Shown in pieces: positions 28,276 to 37,615 of a stretch of DNA of 64,000 nucleotides. The stretch comes from Bacteroidota bacterium (GTDB lineage: Bacteria > Bacteroidota > Ignavibacteria > Ignavibacteriales > SURF-24). Both the position numbers and the translations under genes were made by a program. Numbering within the stretch: the first letter of the stretch is position 1; each line of letters begins with the position of its first letter. The stretch lies in the NCBI GenBank assembly GCA_050258935.1, contig JBLMZS010000013.1, forward strand, positions 141,190 to 205,189. Reading direction: 5' to 3'. The notes below the pieces were generated by a model. The model worked only from the letters and a program-made list of their open reading frames with translations, was not told the DNA's origin and did not search any database.

Positions 28276-29595
28276 ATGGCAAGCTCAGCTACGGTTATGG
28301 AACCGGGAACAAAAAAACGAAACGGAGCAGGCGGTACCGCGGAGGATAAAAATTACTCCTTCCCTCTGACTGTTCTGACCTCACTGTTTTTCATGTGGGG
28401 ATTTCTTACGTGCTTAAACGACATTCTAATACCACATCTGAAAGCTGTGTTTGACCTGAACTATACACAGGCCATGCTGATTCAGTTTTGCTTTTTTGCG
28501 GCGTATTTTATAGTATCGCTGCCTTCAGGCATAATTGTGGAAAAGACAGGTTACAAGAAGGGAATCGTGATCGGACTGGTTACAGCAGGTATAGGCTGTC
28601 TGATTTTCTATCCCGCCGCCGGAATGCGTTCCTATCCGGTATTTCTGTTTGCATTTTTTATACTTGCCTCTGGAATAACATTGCTGCAGGTGGCGGCAAA
28701 TCCCTATGTTACAATTTTAGGCAAGTCCGAAACGGCTTCGAGCAGGCTGAATCTTACACAGGCGTTTAATTCACTGGGTACGACCATTGCGCCTTATCTG
28801 GGATCACTATTCATCCTTTCGGTTGCCGTCAAAACCGCCGCTGAACTGAAAGCCATGGATACACACCAGCTGGCAATGTATCAGGAGACCCAGGCCAATG
28901 CAGTTCAGGTACCATACCTCGGACTTGCCGCTGCACTGTTTGTAATTGCAGCTATATTTGCAATAATAAAACTTCCGGAAATTGAAGCACATACAGAACC
29001 CGCTTCAGGAAACGGGACAGCCGCAGTAGCCGGGAGTGCATGGGGCTACAGACACCTCGTGTTGGGTGCACTCGGAATATTTGTATACGTAGGAGCTGAA
29101 GTTTCCATAGGAAGTTTTCTTGTAAATTATATAGGCCAGCCGTTTATAGCTGGACTCAAGGAAGCCGATGCCGGCAAATTCGTGTCATTCTACTGGGGCG
29201 GTGCAATGGTCGGAAGGTTTGCAGGCTCGTATATTCAGCGCAAAATTAAACCCGGATATATGCTGGCATTCAATGCATTTGTTGCAGCAGCTCTCGTGGT
29301 CACCACGATGCTGACATCAGGTTATTTTGCCATGTGGGCTATATTGCTGGTAGGTTTATTTAATTCCATCATGTTCCCTACCATTTTCTCGCTGGGAATA
29401 GAGGGGCTGGGAAAACACACCGGTCAGGGCAGCGGAATCCTCTGCATGGCTATTGTTGGCGGAGCAATAATACCTGTAATTCAGGGGCTGTTTGCCGACC
29501 AGATCGGAATTCATCATGCTTTCATACTGCCCGCAATTTGCTACATCTATATTGCATACTACGGCCTGAAAGGACATATACCGGTCAGACAGTAA
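28276..29595 (+). CDS. MFS glucose/galactose (GluP) or L-fucose (FucP) type H+ symporter
   Basis: Signature [25 protein letters not shown]. 12-TM profile, 439 aa. Confidence 0.85.
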   Translation: MASSATVMEPGTKKRNGAGGTAEDKNYSFPLTVLTSLFFMWGFLTCLNDILIPHLKAVFDLNYTQAMLIQFCFFAAYFIVSLPSGIIVEKTGYKKGIVIGLVTAGIGCLIFYPAAGMRSYPVFLFAFFILASGITLLQVAANPYVTILGKSETASSRLNLTQAFNSLGTTIAPYLGSLFILSVAVKTAAELKAMDTHQLAMYQETQANAVQVPYLGLAAALFVIAAIFAIIKLPEIEAHTEPASGNGTAAVAGSAWGYRHLVLGALGIFVYVGAEVSIGSFLVNYIGQPFIAGLKEADAGKFVSFYWGGAMVGRFAGSYIQRKIKPGYMLAFNAFVAAALVVTTMLTSGYFAMWAILLVGLFNSIMFPTIFSLGIEGLGKHTGQGSGILCMAIVGGAIIPVIQGLFADQIGIHHAFILPAICYIYIAYYGLKGHIPVRQ

Positions 29596-29620
29596 TTATT
29601 CCACATATGTGTGAGATTCA

Positions 29621-29648
29621 AAGGCGGATTTATCCGCCTTTTTTTTTG
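29621..29648 (+). terminator. Rho-independent terminator of the MFS transporter gene
   Basis: AAGGCGGATTTATCCGCCTT followed by a T9 run. Confidence 0.85.
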
Positions 29649-29765
29649 CTGTGGAGAATTTTTTGACGATTGAATAACAATATTTTTGTTATCTTTGGAA
29701 GTCAGTATTCTGATATCTATACTTTTAATTGCATCGGTTTCTTCACTGCAGCAGCAGGATAAACA

Positions 29766-31475
29766 ATGAAAGGGAAAAATAACAATACGGATATATATAT
29801 CGATGATGTAACAGAACGTTATCTCGCCCTGTATGACCGTTCATCAGAATGTATTTTCCTGATAGATACCAGCGGTAACTTCATAGAAGCCAATAAAACT
29901 TTCCTGACACTTACAGGTTATACACTTCCGGAGCTGCAAGACCTCAATATCTCCGATATTGTTATTTATAATACTGATAATTTCCTCGAAGACCTGAAAA
30001 GTGAAATATACTACAATAAATTCGAGGACACCGAGAACCTCGCACGGCAGGTAGAGCTGCGTGTAAAAAGCGGTAATGTTATTTATGTGGAAATCCGCTC
30101 GTCTTTTCTGGAACATGACGGTGAGCCGTATGCCATACAGACACTGGCCCGAAATATCACACAGCAAAAAATGGAAGAAAAGACTCAGAAGTGTCTTTTC
30201 AAAATTTCTGAATCTGTCAATTCGACCCGCGACCTGAATGAACTGTTTTCCAGCGTCCACCGCATTATCGGTGGACTAATGCCGGCAGAGAACTTTTATA
30301 TATCTCTTTACGATCCGGTCGGAGATGTGCTGACTTTTCCATACTGGGTGGATGAATTTGATAAGATGCCTCCGGGAGAACGGCATCCGGGACGCGGTCT
30401 TACTGAATATGTTCTGCGCACCGGACAGGACCTTCTTATTGATGAATCACTCGACGCAAAACTGCGGGCACAGGGTGAAATAGAACTCATCGGAGAGCCT
30501 TCAAAAATCTGGCTCGGTGTCGCTCTAAAGCTCATGGACAGAACCATAGGAGTGATGGTACTGCAGGACTATCATAACGAAAAAGCTTATGGCGAGAAAG
30601 AGAAACAAATTCTGATATTTGTTTCTGAACAGATAGCACTGGCAATCGACAAGAAACGCGCAGAAGAAGAACTTAGAAGGTATACAGAGGAAGTACAGTT
30701 CAGCCGTGACATGCTCGAAGAAAGAGCAGCCGAATTTGTAAGACTCAACGAACAGCTTGCGGCAAGCGAGGATGAACTGAAAGATCTGAACGCCAGCAAG
30801 GACAAATTTTTCTCAATAATTGCTCACGACCTCAGGAGCCCGTTCAGCGGACTGCTGGGTTTTTCCAATATGCTCCTGGATGATTTCGATAAGTTATCCA
30901 AAGAAGAGATAAAGAATTTCACTATACACATAAACTCATATACAAAAAACCTGTATAACCTTACGGAAAATCTGCTTCAGTGGTCCAGACTCCAGACCGG
31001 GAAACTGGACTATCAGCCAATAAGAGTGGACCTGCACGATATGGTGGCGGATGCACTGAACATACTGATGGCCAACGCCCTGAAAAAATCTATTACTCTA
31101 GAAAACAGCGTCCCCGAAGATACACTGGTTTGGGGAGATCAGAACATGCTGCGTTCGGTAATCCAGAATCTGGTTTCCAACGCCATCAAGTTCACCAACA
31201 CAGAAGGAACAGTTGCTATTTCGTGCTTCGAAAGTAACGAATTCTATGAGATATGGGTAAAAGATAATGGCATCGGCATCAGGACAGAAGACCAGGACAA
31301 AATTTTCAGAATAGATACAACCCATTCTACTTTGGGTACTGCACAGGAAAAAGGGACCGGTTTGGGACTGATTTTGTGCAGGGATCTGATAACCAAACAC
31401 GGCGGTAACATCTGGCTGGAGAGTGAACCAGGAGAGGGGAGCACGTTTAAGTTTACTCTGCAGAAATTCCGGTAA
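29766..31475 (+). CDS. Cytoplasmic PAS-GAF sensor histidine kinase
   Basis: PAS region (IFLIDTSGNFIEANKTFLTLTGYTLPEL), GAF region, HisKA H-box FFSIIAHDLRSPF, and HATPase (NAIKFT, DNGIGI, GTGLGL). Confidence 0.85.
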   Translation: MKGKNNNTDIYIDDVTERYLALYDRSSECIFLIDTSGNFIEANKTFLTLTGYTLPELQDLNISDIVIYNTDNFLEDLKSEIYYNKFEDTENLARQVELRVKSGNVIYVEIRSSFLEHDGEPYAIQTLARNITQQKMEEKTQKCLFKISESVNSTRDLNELFSSVHRIIGGLMPAENFYISLYDPVGDVLTFPYWVDEFDKMPPGERHPGRGLTEYVLRTGQDLLIDESLDAKLRAQGEIELIGEPSKIWLGVALKLMDRTIGVMVLQDYHNEKAYGEKEKQILIFVSEQIALAIDKKRAEEELRRYTEEVQFSRDMLEERAAEFVRLNEQLAASEDELKDLNASKDKFFSIIAHDLRSPFSGLLGFSNMLLDDFDKLSKEEIKNFTIHINSYTKNLYNLTENLLQWSRLQTGKLDYQPIRVDLHDMVADALNILMANALKKSITLENSVPEDTLVWGDQNMLRSVIQNLVSNAIKFTNTEGTVAISCFESNEFYEIWVKDNGIGIRTEDQDKIFRIDTTHSTLGTAQEKGTGLGLILCRDLITKHGGNIWLESEPGEGSTFKFTLQKFR

Positions 31476-31524
31476 CCCGCCCTGCCCTAATCAACTAATA
31501 CTCACTTTATTCTCAGGGGATAAC

Positions 31525-33960
31525 ATGAGAACTTTTTATATCCTTGCCTTGCTCTGTGCAATTCTTTCAGCTGATGTATTTTCCCAAACCCCCGTTGTCA
31601 AACCGCACTATTCACTATCCGGCTGCATAATAGATTCAGTCAGCGGTAATGCTATACCCGGAGTCAACGTAATAGCATATTCTCAAAAAGGTCAGAAACA
31701 GCTCGGCGGCTCCGCAACTGATATGAACGGGGCTTTCAGAATTCCTGCCCTGTACGATTCTGAGATCAGAATTAAATTCTCAATCATCGGATACAGGACA
31801 AAAGTGATTGATGCTGTACTGAACCCGGTGAAGAATATTGCAGTGCTGGATACAATCCGACTGTCTTCAACCGTTCTTACAATGGGCAGTGTCCAGATAA
31901 CAGCTGTCAAACCTATGATCGAATATCTGATAGATAAGCAGGTGGTGCACATGGATAAAGTACCTGGCGGCAGCGGCTCAGTGGCAGATGCGCTGAGAAG
32001 TACTGGTACTGTTGATATCGATCCGGTAAGCAATAAAGTAAGTCTCAGAGGCCGTTCAGAAGTTAACATAATGATTGACGGAAAACCAATGCCCGGAGCA
32101 GAAACACTGATATCGCAGATGCCCGCTTCCGGAGTCGAGAAAGTGGAAATTATTACTAACCCGGGAGCAAAGGAAGATGCGGAAGGAGACGCAGGAATAA
32201 TCAATATTATCACAAAGAAAAGCGAACGCAACAGCTATAACGGTTCTGTCAATCTTACATTCTCCACCAAGAAAATAAACCTCGGTACTGTCGCACTAAA
32301 CTACAGGAAAGACCGCCTGAATCTCTATTCAAGTTTTACCGGCGGACTGGGTACCGAGAATTTTGAAAACAAGGGGGAAAGGATCAACTTCAACAGCCAG
32401 AGCAATCATACTCTGTCGTCACTGGAAAATTCCGATATGCATGGTCATCTTGCTTATCTGAAACTTGGTGCAGATTATGACTTTAACGATAATAACAGCA
32501 TGTCTGTCACCGGATCTTTTCTTAACCTGAGCTTCGACAATAACCGTAACGGGAATCAGAATGTGGTAAGAAACAACAATATACTGAACTACAGCTATCT
32601 GCAAAAGAACAACAGCACCAACGCAAATATAAATTACAACTTTACAGCATTTTACAAACGGAAATTCAACACTCAGGGTCACGAAATTACAGCCGATGCA
32701 TATTATTCAAAAATTGATATGGATAACGATAACCGACAAAAGATAACTTATCAGTATGATCCGTTTTTCCCGTTCATGCAGAACAGTTTCAATAATATAG
32801 ATAACAAGACTCTTATACTGAAAACCGATTATGTCAATCCTTCCAAATCATTCGGCAAAATTGAAACCGGTTACCGTTTTACTTTCAGGGACAGAGGCAA
32901 CGACTATACTATAAGAAATTATGCATACGGTGATGAACAGTGGCATGATGACATGAATTATTGCAACAGATTCTACTATAAGGAAAACATACATGCGCTG
33001 TACCTTTCTTATACCAACAAGATACTCTTCCTTGATTATATTGCAGGACTCAGGTATGAAGCCACACTAACTGAAGGCAGACAGGTAATGAACGGCGGTT
33101 CATCATTCAGCCATGATTACTCGAGCTTCTTCCCGTCATTCAATATTGCATATAAGATCAACAATGAGTTTCAGATAATGTTCAATACAGCCAGAAGGAT
33201 TAACCGTCCCAGAATGGAATACATCAATCCATTTACCAGAGTGGACGGCCCGAACAGTTTCAGCCGCGGCAATCCCCAGCTCGACCCGGCATACGTCAAC
33301 CTCTACGAGCTGAAGTTCAGTCCTGTTCTCAACCTCTTCCATACAAATTCAACAGGCAGACCATACTGGCTGGATACTATAGAGCGCGACAGTATAAAAT
33401 ACAGTTCCGTCATTAATTGCGGCAGAACCAAGACATATGGTGTTGAGGTTTCGGTTCCTCTTATCAATGATAAAAGATCACCGGTAAAACTTCCTGCCTG
33501 GCTTAATATGATAAACCTGTTTTACTCATACACACATATGATCGATGAGGGCATATACCTGAATGAAGATTACTCAGCGACAAAAAATACATGGAGCCTG
33601 TCGGTCAATACGAGCCTGAATTTGTGGTATGACATTGGTTTGATGATCAATTTCAGATACCGGCCCAAAACCGAAGACCGGCGTACTATTACTTACGAGA
33701 ATAAAAATCTTACCTGCTCACTCAGCAGGGACTTTTTCAACGATAAACTCACTGTCAGCCTCATGCTGAATGATCTCCTGAATTCCAATACATACAGGAC
33801 AGAAAATATCGGATCCAATTACCACTCAGATTTCTCAAATACGAATATTCACAGCCGGGGTGCATTTCTTTCACTCACGTATATATTCAATGACTTCAAG
33901 GCAAAGCGTGACAGAAATATTGACGACGGCAGGGATAAAACCGAAGGCGGGTTATTCTGA
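31525..33960 (+). CDS. Outer-membrane beta-barrel/TonB-receptor-like protein with a CarboxypepD_reg-like N-terminal domain
   Basis: The start is moved to MRTFYILALLCAILSADVFSQ, which gives a signal peptide; the 31423 start would overlap the kinase gene. Contains GCIIDSVSGNAIPGVNVIAY and a plug-like region. The barrel ends …KTEGGLF. Confidence 0.75.
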   Translation: MRTFYILALLCAILSADVFSQTPVVKPHYSLSGCIIDSVSGNAIPGVNVIAYSQKGQKQLGGSATDMNGAFRIPALYDSEIRIKFSIIGYRTKVIDAVLNPVKNIAVLDTIRLSSTVLTMGSVQITAVKPMIEYLIDKQVVHMDKVPGGSGSVADALRSTGTVDIDPVSNKVSLRGRSEVNIMIDGKPMPGAETLISQMPASGVEKVEIITNPGAKEDAEGDAGIINIITKKSERNSYNGSVNLTFSTKKINLGTVALNYRKDRLNLYSSFTGGLGTENFENKGERINFNSQSNHTLSSLENSDMHGHLAYLKLGADYDFNDNNSMSVTGSFLNLSFDNNRNGNQNVVRNNNILNYSYLQKNNSTNANINYNFTAFYKRKFNTQGHEITADAYYSKIDMDNDNRQKITYQYDPFFPFMQNSFNNIDNKTLILKTDYVNPSKSFGKIETGYRFTFRDRGNDYTIRNYAYGDEQWHDDMNYCNRFYYKENIHALYLSYTNKILFLDYIAGLRYEATLTEGRQVMNGGSSFSHDYSSFFPSFNIAYKINNEFQIMFNTARRINRPRMEYINPFTRVDGPNSFSRGNPQLDPAYVNLYELKFSPVLNLFHTNSTGRPYWLDTIERDSIKYSSVINCGRTKTYGVEVSVPLINDKRSPVKLPAWLNMINLFYSYTHMIDEGIYLNEDYSATKNTWSLSVNTSLNLWYDIGLMINFRYRPKTEDRRTITYENKNLTCSLSRDFFNDKLTVSLMLNDLLNSNTYRTENIGSNYHSDFSNTNIHSRGAFLSLTYIFNDFKAKRDRNIDDGRDKTEGGLF

Positions 33961-34007
33961 TAATCGCTGTATTTATAGTTTAATCATGTAGAATCACAAT
34001 AATATAG

Positions 34008-34079
34008 TTGTGCTATGGGTTAAGGGACACTATGGGTCAAGGTACCCCACGGGTTAAGGTACCCGCGCCCATAGCACAA
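34008..34079. terminator. Structured element between convergent genes: a 12-bp inverted repeat enclosing three ~16-nt direct repeats. Probably a bidirectional terminator.
   Basis: TTGTGCTATGGG at 34008-34019 pairs with CCCATAGCACAA at 34068-34079. The interior holds three variant copies of a ~16-17-nt unit: CTATGGGTTAAGGGAC, ACTATGGGTCAAGGTAC and CCCACGGGTTAAGGTAC. Both sides are AT/T-rich. Confidence 0.55.
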
Positions 34080-34105
34080 TTTGCTATATTTATTGTTCAT
34101 TTTTT

Positions 34106-34786
34106 TCACTGTTCATCTTCTTCACTTTCCTGCAATTCATTTTTCAGATCCTGGTATTCCAGCGAACGAACGATAAGATAGTCATCATAAAATTCCGTAT
34201 ATTCACTCAGCAGTTCCATGTATCTGTCCATATGCATATTCAGTATTTCATCCGCCGCTGCAAACAGTGCATTGATCGATACCATGGCATCCGATGAAAT
34301 AAAAGTACTTATTTTTTCATCCAGTGAGTTCCTGAAAGAAATTATCCTGGAATAGATGATATCAGGATCGCAGATATTCATTTTCTGCAATTTTAATTCA
34401 TCCCTGTATGTCTGACAGAGTGCATGAAGCATAAGCGCCTTATCCAGAAGCTGGCTGTCGCGCAGACGTTCAAAACTGCTGTGAGACAAGCGCACTTTTT
34501 CTTTCAGCTGTATATCCTGAATTATTTTAGCATAATAAAATAACGATTGTGCCAGGGGAACGAGCATAATTATAAGTTCTTCCTTTGCTCTCGAAGAGAC
34601 TATTGTCTTCTCCAGTATATCTGATGACAATTCTTTCTCTTTAAGCTTAATGTCATCAATACGTTTTCTCAATCTGGTTACGGATGAATTAAACCCCCTG
34701 ACGGTAGAGGTGATATCCCTGTTTTCCTGCAAATATGAAATTACCGATTCGTACATACCCAGTTTAAGTTTTTGATTGTCTGTCAT
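34106..34786 (-). CDS. Hypothetical all-helical cytoplasmic protein with an acidic C-terminus
   Basis: 226-codon ORF with coding-like composition. I recognise no motif. Confidence 0.55.
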   Translation of the reverse strand: MTDNQKLKLGMYESVISYLQENRDITSTVRGFNSSVTRLRKRIDDIKLKEKELSSDILEKTIVSSRAKEELIIMLVPLAQSLFYYAKIIQDIQLKEKVRLSHSSFERLRDSQLLDKALMLHALCQTYRDELKLQKMNICDPDIIYSRIISFRNSLDEKISTFISSDAMVSINALFAAADEILNMHMDRYMELLSEYTEFYDDYLIVRSLEYQDLKNELQESEEDEQ

Positions 34787-34824
34787 TTCCGTGCCCTTCT
34801 ATTAGTTGAAATTCCACCACAGCT

Positions 34825-34874
34825 GTTACTTCTAAGACAGATACTCAGGACTTTGACTCTGTCTTAGAAGTAAC
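34825..34874. repeat. 16-bp perfect inverted repeat with an 18-nt loop in the intergenic region
   Basis: GTTACTTCTAAGACAG at 34825-34840 pairs with CTGTCTTAGAAGTAAC at 34859-34874. Neither strand has a flanking T-run. Confidence 0.7.
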
Positions 34875-34910
34875 CTGCCGCACTGACTGTTGTTGTTTTA
34901 TTTTTATTTA

Positions 34911-35585
34911 TTATCGGGTTCTTCTTGTTCCGGTAGTATCACTTCCGGTACCGGTCTTGTCCGGTCTGGCCTCATTGTCTCTCATTCCGGATCCCTTTTT
35001 CTTGTTCTTATCCTTTGTTGTACCCGGAGTAGTACTGTTGTTGTCATTATTCATCGGATTGTAATCCGGATGCGAAGCCTGAATGCTTTCACTTACCTGG
35101 CCGAACCACTCGCTCCGGAATTCTCTGAAATCATTTTGCTGTTTGGTATCCAGGACATTTTCAATTTGGTTTCCTATAGAAGTTTCCACGTCTGAGCCGA
35201 CCAGCGATTTATTATTATGTGTTCTGCCGGTATGGTCATTGACAGACTGATCTTTTGAGTTTACCATATCTCTCTGATAGCCTATCAGTATGTTACGGAT
35301 TTCCTCCTGCTGATTCGACTTCAGATCGAGTCTTGCCGACAGTCTGTTTGTCAGATCGTCAGCTGTTCTGTAGTAAGAGACTGAACTATTTGTAGTATCG
35401 TTCATCAGTCCCGAAGTTCCGCCCGGCTGAGTTGAGTCTGATCTGTTCATAGAAGAATCTGTGCCCCAGGTTGTCCCGGAAGGCATACCTGAAGGATTTG
35501 TCTGGGCAAAAATCAGTGTCTGCACAAATAACATTGTCATCAATACACTACCGGCTACCCATAGATTCTTATGTATTATTTTCAT
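34911..35585 (-). CDS. Secreted low-complexity protein, possibly a Spy/CpxP-like (LTxxQ-type) periplasmic protein
   Basis: The start is moved to MKIIHKNLWVAGSVLMTMLFVQTLIFAQ, which gives a signal peptide. Has S/T/N-rich tracts. Two LxxxQQ helices are present (LDLKSNQQEEI, LDTKQQNDF). Has a basic, T/G-rich tail. Confidence 0.5.
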   Translation of the reverse strand: MKIIHKNLWVAGSVLMTMLFVQTLIFAQTNPSGMPSGTTWGTDSSMNRSDSTQPGGTSGLMNDTTNSSVSYYRTADDLTNRLSARLDLKSNQQEEIRNILIGYQRDMVNSKDQSVNDHTGRTHNNKSLVGSDVETSIGNQIENVLDTKQQNDFREFRSEWFGQVSESIQASHPDYNPMNNDNNSTTPGTTKDKNKKKGSGMRDNEARPDKTGTGSDTTGTRRTR

Positions 35586-35726
35586 AATATCTCCGCTGTT
35601 TATATTTATAAATTTATCATTTATAACATAAACCATTATAAATTCCTGTGGTATAGGCCAATAACTGAATTTATTGTAAGAAATAATGAAGGATGTATGT
35701 AGGATAAAGACTACGGCCGTTTGAGA

Positions 35727-35782
35727 ATAGAAATAAAGGACAAATAGAAATAAAGGACAAAGGGAAAACCATTGTCCTTTAT
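35727..35782 (-). terminator. Terminator-like hairpin built on a 17-nt perfect tandem duplication
   Basis: ATAGAAATAAAGGACAA occurs twice, at 35727-35743 and 35744-35760. An 11-bp stem pairs ATAAAGGACAA with TTGTCCTTTAT (35750-35760 with 35772-35782). On the minus strand a T-rich tail follows. Confidence 0.45.
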
Positions 35783-35814
35783 GTGTTCAGGGGATGTATT
35801 ACAGTTGTAATATA

Positions 35815-36027
35815 TCAGGATCTGAAAGCCTTGCTCTTCAAAAAATCCTTGACAAGAAGATACAAGGAGATAAACATGCATATATAAATCAATCCCCCTA
35901 AATTAAACGATGACGTTACAATAATAATCAGAAACGTAAATACAAGAAGCAGATTCCATAACATAGTGACTCCGTTTATATAATTACCCTCTTCTTTCAT
36001 AAACGTATTTTTTTCGCTGAAAGTCAA
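35815..36027 (-). CDS. Possible small two-TM membrane protein (70 aa)
   Basis: Two hydrophobic helices (LWNLLLVFTFLIIIV, LIYICMFISLYLLV). The ORF is bracketed by hairpins on both sides. There is no homology evidence. Confidence 0.3.
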   Translation of the reverse strand: MTFSEKNTFMKEEGNYINGVTMLWNLLLVFTFLIIIVTSSFNLGGLIYICMFISLYLLVKDFLKSKAFRS

Positions 36028-36084
36028 TATATCTGCTTAAGTACTGAATAGACATTTTATGCAAGGAGATGCGAAAGGTGTTTG

Positions 36085-36114
36085 TACCGGCCGGAGCATA
36101 AACTCCGGCCGGTA
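36085..36114. terminator. GC-rich hairpin downstream of the acyltransferase gene
   Basis: 12-bp perfect stem TACCGGCCGGAG / CTCCGGCCGGTA with a 6-nt loop. The T-run (CATTTTTAG) occurs only on the plus strand. Confidence 0.45.
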
Positions 36115-36140
36115 TAACATTTTTAGGGTGAAGGCGGATT

Positions 36141-37379
36141 TTAAAGGTGAAGCCTGACGTTCTTTTTTGTAAACCAGGCGGTGATCAGCACCATAAGAAA
36201 GGAAAACACAACCGATCTGACTATACCGGTTATGCCCTCTCCGAAATATACCGAAAGAACATTTATGTGGAACAGTGTAAGCAGCATATAAAAAATATCA
36301 GGCAGTATGTATGCTAGAAGCGGATTGCTGCCGGCCGGTTTAATAAGCGAGGTCCATGCTGTATATTTTTTTACATCTGTCAGCCAGTAGAGCAGCATAT
36401 ATATAATGCAGCTTATTGCAGATGAATACAGACACCATGTTGGAGTAGCCATATTTTTGTCAATACCGTACAGCGGCCTCAGCATAAGTCCGGACAGAAA
36501 AAGTATAAGAACAAAGCCGGAAAGCCAGAACATTTTTGCCCTGTGTGTTTTCTCTTTCGATGTTATAACCAGTACAGTGATCATTCCTGCCAGTGCTATT
36601 GAAGAGTGCCCTCCGATATGAGCTCCTATAGACAGGTAGTTTTGAATGAAAGGTATGTTTATCGCATGAGCATTGTCGCCGATGTAAAGCAGTATAAAGA
36701 ATGCCATCACTCCGACAAGTGCCGCAAGCTCACCTTTGAAAATGAAATATACGGCGCAGCACGTCAGGTATGCCCAGCCTATTAGTCCCAGTATTCCCCA
36801 CCACGCTGTATGCATCCAGGCGGGATTTTCAGGTGTACCGCTCCTGTAGATCAGCAGCAGTATTCCAAGAAGTATAAATCCTGCTATTCTGAGCCCCGGA
36901 TATAGATACCTGAATTTTATATCCTCATTATTCTGACGCCCGGGATATTGATTCCATACCAGCGCCACACCGAGGAACATCAGGAGACCCCATAAATGTC
37001 TGTTCATACCGGTCAGTGTTTCATTCAGCCGGCCTATGTTCAGCATCATCAGTCCCAGAGCCAACAGTCCCGCACCTCTGATGAATATATGTCCCCATAA
37101 TTTCGCAGGCGTATCGCCTTTTTTCAGTCTGTTCTGAATTGCAAGAGGGATTGCCATGCCGACAATGAAAAGGAATGCCGGAAATACAACATCAACAAAC
37201 GTCATTCCGTCTGTATTCGGCAGCTGGTGTTTCATCCAGGCAGGAATATTCCTGATACCGGCCAGATCATTAACAAAGATCATAGCCAATATTGTCAGGC
37301 CCCTGAAGGCATCAATCGACAGAAGTCTCGAAGATTTTTGTATTTCCGGAGCCGATTCCTTATTGCGCAGATTATCCAT
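36141..37379 (-). CDS. Polytopic membrane acyltransferase, DUF5009/DUF1624 (heparan-alpha-glucosaminide N-acetyltransferase-like)
   Basis: N-terminal signature RLLSIDAFRGLTILAMIFVNDLAG. About 11 TM helices. Confidence 0.65.
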   Translation of the reverse strand: MDNLRNKESAPEIQKSSRLLSIDAFRGLTILAMIFVNDLAGIRNIPAWMKHQLPNTDGMTFVDVVFPAFLFIVGMAIPLAIQNRLKKGDTPAKLWGHIFIRGAGLLALGLMMLNIGRLNETLTGMNRHLWGLLMFLGVALVWNQYPGRQNNEDIKFRYLYPGLRIAGFILLGILLLIYRSGTPENPAWMHTAWWGILGLIGWAYLTCCAVYFIFKGELAALVGVMAFFILLYIGDNAHAINIPFIQNYLSIGAHIGGHSSIALAGMITVLVITSKEKTHRAKMFWLSGFVLILFLSGLMLRPLYGIDKNMATPTWCLYSSAISCIIYMLLYWLTDVKKYTAWTSLIKPAGSNPLLAYILPDIFYMLLTLFHINVLSVYFGEGITGIVRSVVFSFLMVLITAWFTKKNVRLHL

Positions 37380-37615
37380 AAAGTTTCCGATTATTATTTA
37401 GGGTGAGTCAAATTTAGACAGATCAAAATAATAAATTTACACACAAAATTACACCGTGTATTTATTGTACCAGAACTTTTATATGCGCATAGGTTTTTAT
37501 TTGCGGATTAGTAATTCAAGCGTGTGAGAATTTCACGTATAAAATGTGAGTGATCAGTTTCAATTTAACCGATAAATAATTATAATTACTAAAAACATTA
37601 TCAGAGAGGGGCAAA

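Noticed and set aside
31423-31524. Upstream extension of the outer-membrane barrel ORF (start at 31423)
   Set aside because: The extension overlaps the 3' end of the kinase gene and encodes no signal peptide. The ATG at 31525 gives a canonical signal peptide.
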